NCBI GenBank assembly: GCA_964244895.1
Contig: CAXTKV010000061.1
Location: 10,968 to 24,288 of the forward strand
Direction: 5' to 3'
DNA: 13,321 nucleotides
From: an uncultured Deinococcales bacterium
Lineage (GTDB): Bacteria > Deinococcota > Deinococci > Deinococcales > JAAFIG01
A program made the translations under genes and the position numbers. Within the stretch, counting starts at the first letter, position 1. Each line of letters begins with the position of its first letter. The notes under the pieces were generated by a model. That model saw only the letters and a program-made list of their open reading frames with translations. It did no database searches and was not told where the DNA came from. This document shows, one piece after another, positions 6,997 through 13,321 of this stretch.

Positions 6997-8304
6997 TTAC
7001 TGCTCATAATTGACCCGCCTGGACAGCGCGCGGTTCTGCACCAGCGTCAGCCCAAACACGATGGCGAACAACGCGAAGGCCATCGCGCTGGCGTAACTGA
7101 ACTGCCCGTCCCGGAAGCCCTTGTCGTAGAGGTACTTGACGACCGTCAGCGTGTCGTTCAGCGCGCCGCCACCCGGCGTCAGCACCAGCACCTGCGTGAA
7201 GACCTGAAACGATCCGATCAAGCCCGTGACCGCCAGAAAGAACGTCGTCGGTGACAACAGCGGCCAGGTGATGTGGCGCACCGCGTCCCACCAGCTCGCG
7301 CCGTCCAGGCTGGCGGCCTCGTAGTACTCGCGCGGCACGTTCTGCAACCCGGCCAGCAGGATCACGACCGCGTAACCGAGCTGATGCCAGATGCCCATGA
7401 CCGCGACGCAGATCAACGCGACGCTCGGGCCGTGCAGCGCGGAGGGAAGCTCGAGCCCGAAATTTCTCGCGACGAGCGCCAGAGCGCCGTTCGGATTCTC
7501 GAGCCACGGCGCTCCGGGCGTGTTCAGAATCGCGTTCAGCAACCCGAATTCCGAGTTGAAAATCCACTTCCAGACCGCCGCCGCCGCCGTCAGGGCGGTG
7601 ATGTAGGGCAAAAAATAGATTGTCCTGAAGGCCGCCAGACCGCGCACGTTCTGATTTAACAGGATCGCCAGCAGCGTGGCGAGCAGAATCCCGATGGGTA
7701 CGGTCAGAATCACGTACCAGAAGGTGTTCAGGAGGCTCTTCCAGAACAACGGATCGCGCACCAGGATCGCGTAATTCTCGAGCCCCGCGAACCTGGCGGA
7801 GGAAACGAAGTTCAGGTTGTCAAAAAAAGATTGCACCAGCGCGAAAAGGGCTGGTGCGAAGTGCCAGACCACCAACAGCAGCATCGCGGGCAAGACCAGC
7901 ACCCAGCCCCACAGGTTCGCCTCGACCCGGCGCGGGAGTTGGCTCGAGCGCCCGAGCAGAAACGCGACGCTCGCGAGGCCGACCAGCCCCGGCATCAGAT
8001 TCGTCCAGCCGCCTAGCGCGTTGGCCAGTCCAATTGCCGGAATGATCGCGCCGAGCGTCAGGTTCCTCCAGCGCCCCACCCACGGCACCGAGGGCAAACT
8101 CAGCATCGAGACGAGCAGCACGCACGCGCCCAGCCCGCACGCACCCAGCACGATGGCCGGGCCCGCGACCGGCGTCCCGGTCGTCGAGCCCAGCGCCGCC
8201 ACCGCGCCCGCCGTCAGCGCTGCCGCACTCGAGATCACGAGTCCCGCGACCGCGCTCCCGTCCGCGCGACTTCGGTGCTTGCCTGGTTCGGTCGCCGCTC
8301 GCAT
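6997..8304 (-). CDS. Carbohydrate ABC transporter permease, MalF/UgpA-like, with extra N-terminal membrane segments, 435 aa
   Basis: FAGLENY, DPLFWKSLLNT, FRTIYFLPYIT, WKWIFNSEFGLLN, EAA loop VPREYYEAASLDGASWWDAVRHITWPLLSP, FQVF, YASAMA. Confidence 0.92.
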   Translation of the reverse strand: MRAATEPGKHRSRADGSAVAGLVISSAAALTAGAVAALGSTTGTPVAGPAIVLGACGLGACVLLVSMLSLPSVPWVGRWRNLTLGAIIPAIGLANALGGWTNLMPGLVGLASVAFLLGRSSQLPRRVEANLWGWVLVLPAMLLLVVWHFAPALFALVQSFFDNLNFVSSARFAGLENYAILVRDPLFWKSLLNTFWYVILTVPIGILLATLLAILLNQNVRGLAAFRTIYFLPYITALTAAAAVWKWIFNSEFGLLNAILNTPGAPWLENPNGALALVARNFGLELPSALHGPSVALICVAVMGIWHQLGYAVVILLAGLQNVPREYYEAASLDGASWWDAVRHITWPLLSPTTFFLAVTGLIGSFQVFTQVLVLTPGGGALNDTLTVVKYLYDKGFRDGQFSYASAMAFALFAIVFGLTLVQNRALSRRVNYEQ

Positions 8305-8312
8305 CGCGCTCG

Positions 8313-8318
8313 AGTATA
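8313..8318 (-). promoter_or_regulatory. -10 box TATACT, 8 nt before the permease ATG (leaderless or very short leader)
   Basis: Minus strand TATACT-cgagcgcg-ATG(8304), with no Shine-Dalgarno in between. Confidence 0.45.
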
Positions 8319-8362
8319 TCGGGCGCGAACCGTCGCGGTTGGCGAGCCTTTTATCCCTAGAA

Positions 8363-8405
8363 CACCGTCCTGGACGATACTCTTTGAGCCCGGCGCGGGA
8401 CGGCG
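8363..8405. repeat. Degenerate copy of the inverted-repeat element
   Basis: Left arm CACCGTCCTGGACGAT (12/16, preceded by AA as in other copies); right end GCGCGGGACGGCG is 10/13 to GTGCTGGACGGTG; total span 43 bp. Confidence 0.5.
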
Positions 8406-8458
8406 CGCCGCAGTGTGACGGTGCTCGCCCGACCTCCCAAAGCCCGAAGGGATCTCGA

Positions 8459-8926
8459 CTACCCGCCGGATGCGTCGTCGTCGCGGGCCTTGACGGCGAT
8501 CATCGCGACCAGCGCCAGCACCTCGAGCGGCGCGTCACCGAACAGGCTGACCTCCTCGGCGTTGGTTCGCCCTCCGACGCGACCGTGCACCCAGCCGCCC
8601 TTGCGCTCGAGCCGCACGTCCTTGCCGAAAATTCTGCCGCCGTACCGCCCGGTGGCGGTGGTGTCGCTCAGGATCAGGTCGAGGTCGTGGCCGTTGTGGT
8701 CGCCACCCAGCCGCAACCGAATTCGGCTGGGCGATACGAGGCCGCGCAGGTCGAAACCCAATCGATCGCCCCCGACCCGACCGTGGGTGTTCGAGCCGAC
8801 CGTCACGAGCACCTCGTGCCCGAACGCGCGACCACCGAGCCGCCCGCTGAGTTCGGCGTCCAGCCACTCTAATTCGAGTTTGGTGCCGCCACCCAGCCCG
8901 TTGCCGACCGTTCCACGGATCTTCAT
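8459..8926 (-). CDS. Hypothetical Gly-rich protein with six ~22-aa GRhGG repeats and a C-terminal hydrophobic helix, 155 aa
   Basis: Repeats GTVGN, GRLGG, GRVGG, LRLGG, GRYGG, GRVGG at residues 5, 28, 49, 71, 93, 115, then PLEVLALVAMIAVKA. A -10-like GAGAAT lies 6 nt before the ATG. Confidence 0.8.
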   Translation of the reverse strand: MKIRGTVGNGLGGGTKLELEWLDAELSGRLGGRAFGHEVLVTVGSNTHGRVGGDRLGFDLRGLVSPSRIRLRLGGDHNGHDLDLILSDTTATGRYGGRIFGKDVRLERKGGWVHGRVGGRTNAEEVSLFGDAPLEVLALVAMIAVKARDDDASGG

Positions 8927-8956
8927 GGGTCGATTCTCGCGAGCGGGTTGTCAACG

Positions 8957-8982
8957 GATTCTGAAGGCTGATTCAGAAGGCT
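8957..8982. promoter_or_regulatory. Candidate operator: tandem 13-mer that is also an inverted repeat
   Basis: GATTCTGAAGGCT GATTCAGAAGGCT (12/13 direct repeat) containing TTCTGAA-N6-TTCAGAA, 30 nt upstream of ATG 8926 in a divergent intergenic region. Confidence 0.35.
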
Positions 8983-9099
8983 GCGGGCCACGGGAGCCGC
9001 GGGGCCAGAACAGACGCCCTTGATCGCGACCGTTTCGATCTCGTGTCTCGCGCAACGCATCAGCGCGGACTGAAATCCCTCGACCGATGCCCCATAAAG

Positions 9100-9117
9100 A
9101 CCGTCCTGTACGGTGTT
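9100..9117 (-). repeat. Degenerate solo arm of the dispersed repeat
   Basis: Minus strand AACACCGTACAGGACG is 14/16 to AACACCGTCCAGCACG; palindromic ACCGT-N5-ACGGT at 9100-9114. Confidence 0.5.
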
Positions 9118-9301
9118 CTCTGCGTCCTGCACTGAACGGTTCGCCGTTCGCGGGCTCGAGATCGGGCATGTCTAAATCCGCGCTCGCGCCGAAGGCCGCG
9201 CTCGCGAGATCATCGTCGCGGACGATCCCGAACCGATTCGTCCATCCACAAACGTCGTTCGCCACAGCGCCCCGGATGTGGGCGCCCTCAGATTTTCGCG
9301 T

Positions 9302-9307
9302 TACAAT
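9302..9307 (+). promoter_or_regulatory. -10 box TACAAT for smpB, probable leaderless promoter
   Basis: TACAAT followed by 7 nt and an in-frame GTG at 9315; no Shine-Dalgarno upstream. Confidence 0.55.
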
Positions 9308-9740
9308 GCCCAGCGTGTACGCCAACCGGCGCGCGGGATTCGAATACGAGCTGCTCGAACGCTTCGAGGCGGGCATCGCTTTGACTGGGACGGAGATCAA
9401 AAGCATCCGAACCGGCGGGGTGGACTTCCGCGATGCCTTCGCGCGCTTCCACGGTCAGGAACTCTACCTGGAGGGCCTCTACATTCCGCCCTACGACAAG
9501 GCGTCCTACAACAACCACGAACCGCGCCGTGATCGCAAGTTGCTGTTGCACAAGAGCGAATTGCGCGACCTGCGGATCAACATCACCCACAAGGGTTTGA
9601 CGGTCGTGCCGGTCAAGATGTACTTCAAGAACGGTCGCGCCAAACTCGAGGTCGCCGTGGCGCGCGGCAAGAAGCTGCACGATAAGCGCGAATCGGATCG
9701 CGCCCGCGAGGTCAAACGCGAAATGGAAGGCTACCGGTGA
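9306..9740 (+). CDS. smpB: SsrA-binding protein SmpB
   Basis: NRRAGFEYELLERFEAGIALTGTEIKSIR, NHEPRRDRKLLLHK, GLTVVP, ARGKKLHDKRE. Start is ATG 9306 or leaderless GTG 9315, not the ORF-track 9087. Confidence 0.97.
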   Translation: MPSVYANRRAGFEYELLERFEAGIALTGTEIKSIRTGGVDFRDAFARFHGQELYLEGLYIPPYDKASYNNHEPRRDRKLLLHKSELRDLRINITHKGLTVVPVKMYFKNGRAKLEVAVARGKKLHDKRESDRAREVKREMEGYR

Positions 9741-11248
9741 ACATCGCTCGAGCGGCGATGCTCGCGCTGGTGCTTTCGGTCGCGGCCCTGATCGCGGTGG
9801 CGTTCGCGCAGGCCGCCAGCAAGGACGTGCTGGTGCTCAATTCGACCCTCAAGGCGAGCTTCCCCGGCGGTTTCGGCGTGGGTTACGTCCCGGCGGACGA
9901 TCTGGCGCAGGCGCTCGGGCTCGAGGTGCAGGTCGGGCGCGACTGGATCAACCTGACGCTCGGCGGAACCGTTTTGCGCCTGAGCCTGGCGGATACGGCG
10001 CTGGAAGCCTCTCGTTACAACCGCGCCCTGAGCGTCAACGGCTCGCCGGGGAGCGGCCCGGCGGCGGGCTACTCGGGCGGCGAGATCGTCGTGCCGTTGC
10101 GGGCGGTCGTCGAGGCGTTCGGCGGCAGCATGCAGGACGCTGGATCTCAGATCAAGGTGGTCTTTTCGTCTGCGCAGCTCAAGGAAGTCTCGCAATCCAC
10201 GGGCGCAAACGCGGATCGCGCCGTGTTGGAGCTCTCGCACCAGGCGAGCTTCACGGCTCGGGTCGAGGGCGAAGACGCGGTCGTGACCGTACGCAACGCG
10301 CGCGGCGAACCGGTGCGTTACGCGGTCAATGGTACATATATCAAGGAAGTCGAGGTTCGCACCGTCGGCGACGATCTCGAGGCCAGAATCAGGTTGCCCA
10401 AAGATTCGGGTTTTCGCGCCTTCGCCCTGCCCGTCGCGCCGGGCGCGGACGCCGCCACCGCCAAAGGGCGCGTCGCGATCGATGTCGGTCCAGCCTACGA
10501 CCGCCCCGAGGTGGCGCTCGAGGCTCGGCCCGTGGTGGTCGTGCTGGACGCTGCCCACGGCGGTTCGGATCTGGGTGTGGTCGAAGGCAACCTGATCGAA
10601 AAAACCATCGCCTTGAGCATGGCTCGGCTGATCGGGCAGAACCTGTCGAATCGGGGCGTGACGGTGCGTTACACCCGGACGGACGATTCCGACCCGAGCC
10701 TCGTGGCGCGCCGCGAGCGCCTGATCGCCTCGGACGCCTTCGTCAGCCTCCACCTCTCTCGATTGCCCGGCGCCAGCGCTTCGGGTGTGGCGGTCTACTC
10801 GCTCGACAAGAACGCCCCCCTGGACGGTATTCTTCGCGCTGGACGGCAAGCCCTGGCCGACCCCGCCAGCGATCCTCGCCGCAAGCTGCTCGAGCATTTC
10901 CTTTCGCCCGCCGACGCCGGCGAAGCTCTGTCCGACGCAATTCTCGGGCGGGTACAGGCGCTCTCAGAGCCCAAAATTCCGATTCAGGCCCTGACCACCG
11001 CCAGCCAGGTGCTGCTCTCGCACGCGCCGAAATCGGCGGTCGTGATCGAACTCGGCTGGCTCTCGAGCGACGCCGACCGACAGCGCCTCTCGAGCCGCAA
11101 GGAACTCGAACGGATGGCGCAGGCCATCGCGGCGGGTTTGCTCGATCACCTCGCGCCTTCCCTGCCGCGCCGCGCCACCAATCCCGGCTCGAGTACGCCA
11201 GCTCCACCCTCGAGCGCGCAACCCGCGCCCGCCACGGGTAAGCCGTGA
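9737..11248 (+). CDS. N-acetylmuramoyl-L-alanine amidase (Amidase_3) with signal peptide, copper-amine-oxidase-N-like and AMIN-like domains, 503 aa
   Basis: GTGA overlap with smpB stop. Signal peptide, YVPADDLAQALG and VVPLRAVVEAFGG motifs, catalytic domain VVLDAAHGGSDLG, IEKTIAL, YTRTDD, FVSLH, AVVIELGWLSS. Confidence 0.88.
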   Translation: MNIARAAMLALVLSVAALIAVAFAQAASKDVLVLNSTLKASFPGGFGVGYVPADDLAQALGLEVQVGRDWINLTLGGTVLRLSLADTALEASRYNRALSVNGSPGSGPAAGYSGGEIVVPLRAVVEAFGGSMQDAGSQIKVVFSSAQLKEVSQSTGANADRAVLELSHQASFTARVEGEDAVVTVRNARGEPVRYAVNGTYIKEVEVRTVGDDLEARIRLPKDSGFRAFALPVAPGADAATAKGRVAIDVGPAYDRPEVALEARPVVVVLDAAHGGSDLGVVEGNLIEKTIALSMARLIGQNLSNRGVTVRYTRTDDSDPSLVARRERLIASDAFVSLHLSRLPGASASGVAVYSLDKNAPLDGILRAGRQALADPASDPRRKLLEHFLSPADAGEALSDAILGRVQALSEPKIPIQALTTASQVLLSHAPKSAVVIELGWLSSDADRQRLSSRKELERMAQAIAAGLLDHLAPSLPRRATNPGSSTPAPPSSAQPAPATGKP

Positions 11249-11841
11249 ATGGGGTTGCCGGCGTGATCCGACGCCTGATCTGGCTGGCCTCGACGCCGTT
11301 CAATGTGGTCGCGGTGATCGCCGTGGCGGGCTTGCTGCTGGTGCGGCTGGTGCAGGAGCGCCCCGTCTCGACGCCGATCGACCCTTCGATCCTCGAGTTT
11401 GAGCAGGGGCCGCGCAAGGCGGAAGTCCCGTTGCGCCTGTATTTCGCCAGCCCGGACGCCCAGAGTTTCGCCATCGAGACGCGCGGCGTGCCCGTCTCCG
11501 GGAGCGCGCTGGCGGATCGCGCCAGCGCGGCGGTCAACGCCTGGATCGCCGGGCCGACCTCGCAGGGGGCGCTGCCGTTGATCGCGGTGCAGAACCTGCC
11601 CGAACCGACGATCTTCGCCAAGGCCGGGACGGTGTACATCGATCTGCCAAAACGCTGGACGACCAATCAGCTCGGCACGGCGGGCGAATTTTTGATGATC
11701 TGCGGTCTGGCCAACACCGTGCTCGAACTGGACGGCGCGAAAGCGGTGCAGTACCTGCTGGACGGCAAACCGACCGAGACCATCGGCGGGCACGTCGAGA
11801 CGACCGAGCCCTTCAGCTTGAAAACCTGTCGGGGGAGCTGA
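11245..11841 (+). CDS. GerMN domain-containing membrane protein, 198 aa
   Basis: GTGA overlap with the amidase stop. N-terminal TM, LRLYFASPD, GTVYIDLP, EFLMICGLANTVLELDGAKAVQYLLDGKPTETIGGHV. Confidence 0.85.
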   Translation: MNGVAGVIRRLIWLASTPFNVVAVIAVAGLLLVRLVQERPVSTPIDPSILEFEQGPRKAEVPLRLYFASPDAQSFAIETRGVPVSGSALADRASAAVNAWIAGPTSQGALPLIAVQNLPEPTIFAKAGTVYIDLPKRWTTNQLGTAGEFLMICGLANTVLELDGAKAVQYLLDGKPTETIGGHVETTEPFSLKTCRGS

Positions 11842-11851
11842 TGCCCAGCAA

Positions 11852-11893
11852 CACCGTCCAGCACAGCGTTTTTGATCTGCGTCCCGGACGATG
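11852..11893. repeat. Copy of the 42-bp inverted-repeat element between GerMN and smc
   Basis: CACCGTCCAGCACAGC-gtttttgatc-TGCGTCCCGGACGATG; each arm 13/16 to the 5483 copy, 10-nt T-rich loop. Confidence 0.75.
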
Positions 11894-11902
11894 CCCGTGA
11901 GC

Positions 11903-13321
11903 ATGCGCGTCCGGTCGGTGACGATCAGCGGCTTCAAATCCTTCGGCGAAAAGGTGCGCCTCGAGTTCAGCCCGCGCGTCAACGTGGTCGTCGGGCCGAA
12001 CGGTTCGGGCAAATCGAACGTCATCGAAGGCATCCGCTGGGCGTCCCACACGGCCCGCACCCGGGAGTTGCGCGCCCGAAACGCCAGCGAATTGATCTTT
12101 CACGGCTCCTTGGGCAAGGCGCAGCTCAACCTGGCCGAAGTGCAGCTCGAACTCGAGGATCTTCAGTCGGGCGGCGTCAGCATCTCGCGGCGCCTGTTCC
12201 GCGACGGCGAATCCGAACTGGAACTGGCGGGCAAGACGGTTCGCGTGCGCGACCTGCACGAGGTGCTGCGCGGTTCCGGGCTCGGGCCGGGCGGTCTGGC
12301 GGTCGTCGGTCAGGGCGAGATCGGCGCGGTCATCGGCGCGGATCCCGAAACCATGCTCGGTTACCTGGAGGAAGCGGCGGGCCTGTCTCGCGCCACCCAC
12401 CGCCGCGCCCAGACCATCGACCGGCTCGAGCAGGCGCGACTGCACCTCTCACGGCTCGAGGATGTGGCCGTGGAACTCCGCACGCGCGTCGCCCGGCTGG
12501 AAAAAGAGGCCGCCGCTGCGACGGAACACGCCAGTTTGACGGCGGAAGCCTCCGCGCTCGAGCGCGCGCTCCATCGCCACCGCGTGGCCACGCTCAATGA
12601 CGAGATCGCCAAGCTCAGGCTCGAGATCGCCGCCACCGAAAACCTCAGCCAGAGGCTCTCAAACTCGATTCAATCGACCAGCGCCGACCTGGAAGGCTTG
12701 CGGCTGGCTCGAGAGACGGCTCAATCCGATCTGACTCGCCTGAGCGCCGAATTCGAGCGCCTGAACGGTCAAGTTCGCGCCCTGCGGGAACGCGCCAGCG
12801 CCGCCGACGCTGGACTCACGGGGGCGAAGCGCGAACGCGACGGCCTCGAGCGAGAGGCCGATGGTTTGAGCGGCCTCGAGGCTCCCGTTGCGCCCACGGA
12901 ACCGATCGACGACGTGGCCGCCCTGCAAGCCGCGCTCGAGCGAGCCAGAACGAGCGTCCAGGAGCTGCAAGCTCTGGAATCTCGGTGGGCCGCAGACCTG
13001 AGCCTGGCCCGAGTTTCCCGCGAATCCCTGGAGCGCGAATCCGCCGTCGCTCAGTCCCGTCTGGCCGCCATCACCGCCGAACGCGAGACGCTCGAGCGGG
13101 AACTGGAATCATCCCAGCTCGAACTCCTCGAGATCGCCGCGCGCATGGAGCGCTTCGAACCCGAACGCGCCGAACGCGAAGCGGCCTTCCGGGCCGCCTC
13201 GAAACTGCTGGATCGTCTGGAGCGCGAGGCCGCCGTGCAATCCGAACGGATCGCCGCCAACGGCACACGCGTGGCCGAACTGCGCGCCGGACGGACGCCG
13301 CTCGCGAAAGAATTCGCGCGC
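11903..13321 (+). CDS. smc: Chromosome segregation protein SMC, 5' part (runs off the window; absent from the ORF track because no stop is included)
   Basis: Own translation: MRVRSVTISGFKSFGEKVRLEF...VVGPNGSGKSNVIEGIRW (Walker A), ELRARNASELIFHG, ISRRLFRDGESE, Q-loop AVVGQGEI, YLEEAAGL, then coiled coil; open for 473 codons. Alternative starts ATG 11891 or GTG 11897. Confidence 0.93.
   Translation, partial: MRVRSVTISGFKSFGEKVRLEFSPRVNVVVGPNGSGKSNVIEGIRWASHTARTRELRARNASELIFHGSLGKAQLNLAEVQLELEDLQSGGVSISRRLFRDGESELELAGKTVRVRDLHEVLRGSGLGPGGLAVVGQGEIGAVIGADPETMLGYLEEAAGLSRATHRRAQTIDRLEQARLHLSRLEDVAVELRTRVARLEKEAAAATEHASLTAEASALERALHRHRVATLNDEIAKLRLEIAATENLSQRLSNSIQSTSADLEGLRLARETAQSDLTRLSAEFERLNGQVRALRERASAADAGLTGAKRERDGLEREADGLSGLEAPVAPTEPIDDVAALQAALERARTSVQELQALESRWAADLSLARVSRESLERESAVAQSRLAAITAERETLERELESSQLELLEIAARMERFEPERAEREAAFRAASKLLDRLEREAAVQSERIAANGTRVAELRAGRTPLAKEFAR

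Noticed and set aside
8927..9305. tmRNA (ssrA) next to smpB
   Set aside because: No GGGG-type 5' acceptor stem, T-arm/CCA 3' end or tag peptide ending in ALAA-like residues on either strand.
9087..9305. 73-aa N-terminal extension of SmpB
   Set aside because: SmpB homology starts at about VYANRR and a -10 box lies at 9302-9307.
276..11893. CRISPR array made of the CACCGTCCAGCAC repeats
   Set aside because: Copies are kilobases apart, in inverted pairs, with no regular spacers and no cas genes.
265..12600. Long overlapping ORFs such as 265-948, 3341-4402, 5512-6651, 7817-8872, 9731-10897, 11146-12060 and 11872-12600
   Set aside because: Antisense or off-frame shadows of well-supported genes, expected in high-GC DNA, with no motifs.

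Overview
GC-rich bacterial chromosomal segment, most likely Deinococcota (Deinococcus-like SmpB, Thermus-like solute-binding protein, -10 boxes directly before start codons, heavy CTCGAG over-use). Minus strand: a CUT1-type ABC importer (solute-binding protein 472-1725, permeases 5647-6951 and 6997-8304, no ATPase in the window) and a small Gly-rich repeat protein (8459-8926). Sitting inside the ABC cluster on the opposite strand is a translationally coupled pair: an 831-aa membrane-anchored coiled-coil protein ending in five HhH-like (COG3743/DUF4332-type) domains, and a membrane-anchored Ig-like repeat protein. The right end is a co-oriented smpB - amidase - GerMN - smc (partial) run. A 42-bp inverted-repeat element (arm CACCGTCCAGCACG), complete, degenerate or as a solo arm, occurs in six of the seven intergenic gaps. 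A Rex/CRP-like operator lies at 228-245. No rRNA, tRNA, tmRNA, CRISPR array or transposase was found. All family assignments come from motif recognition by eye, not database searches.
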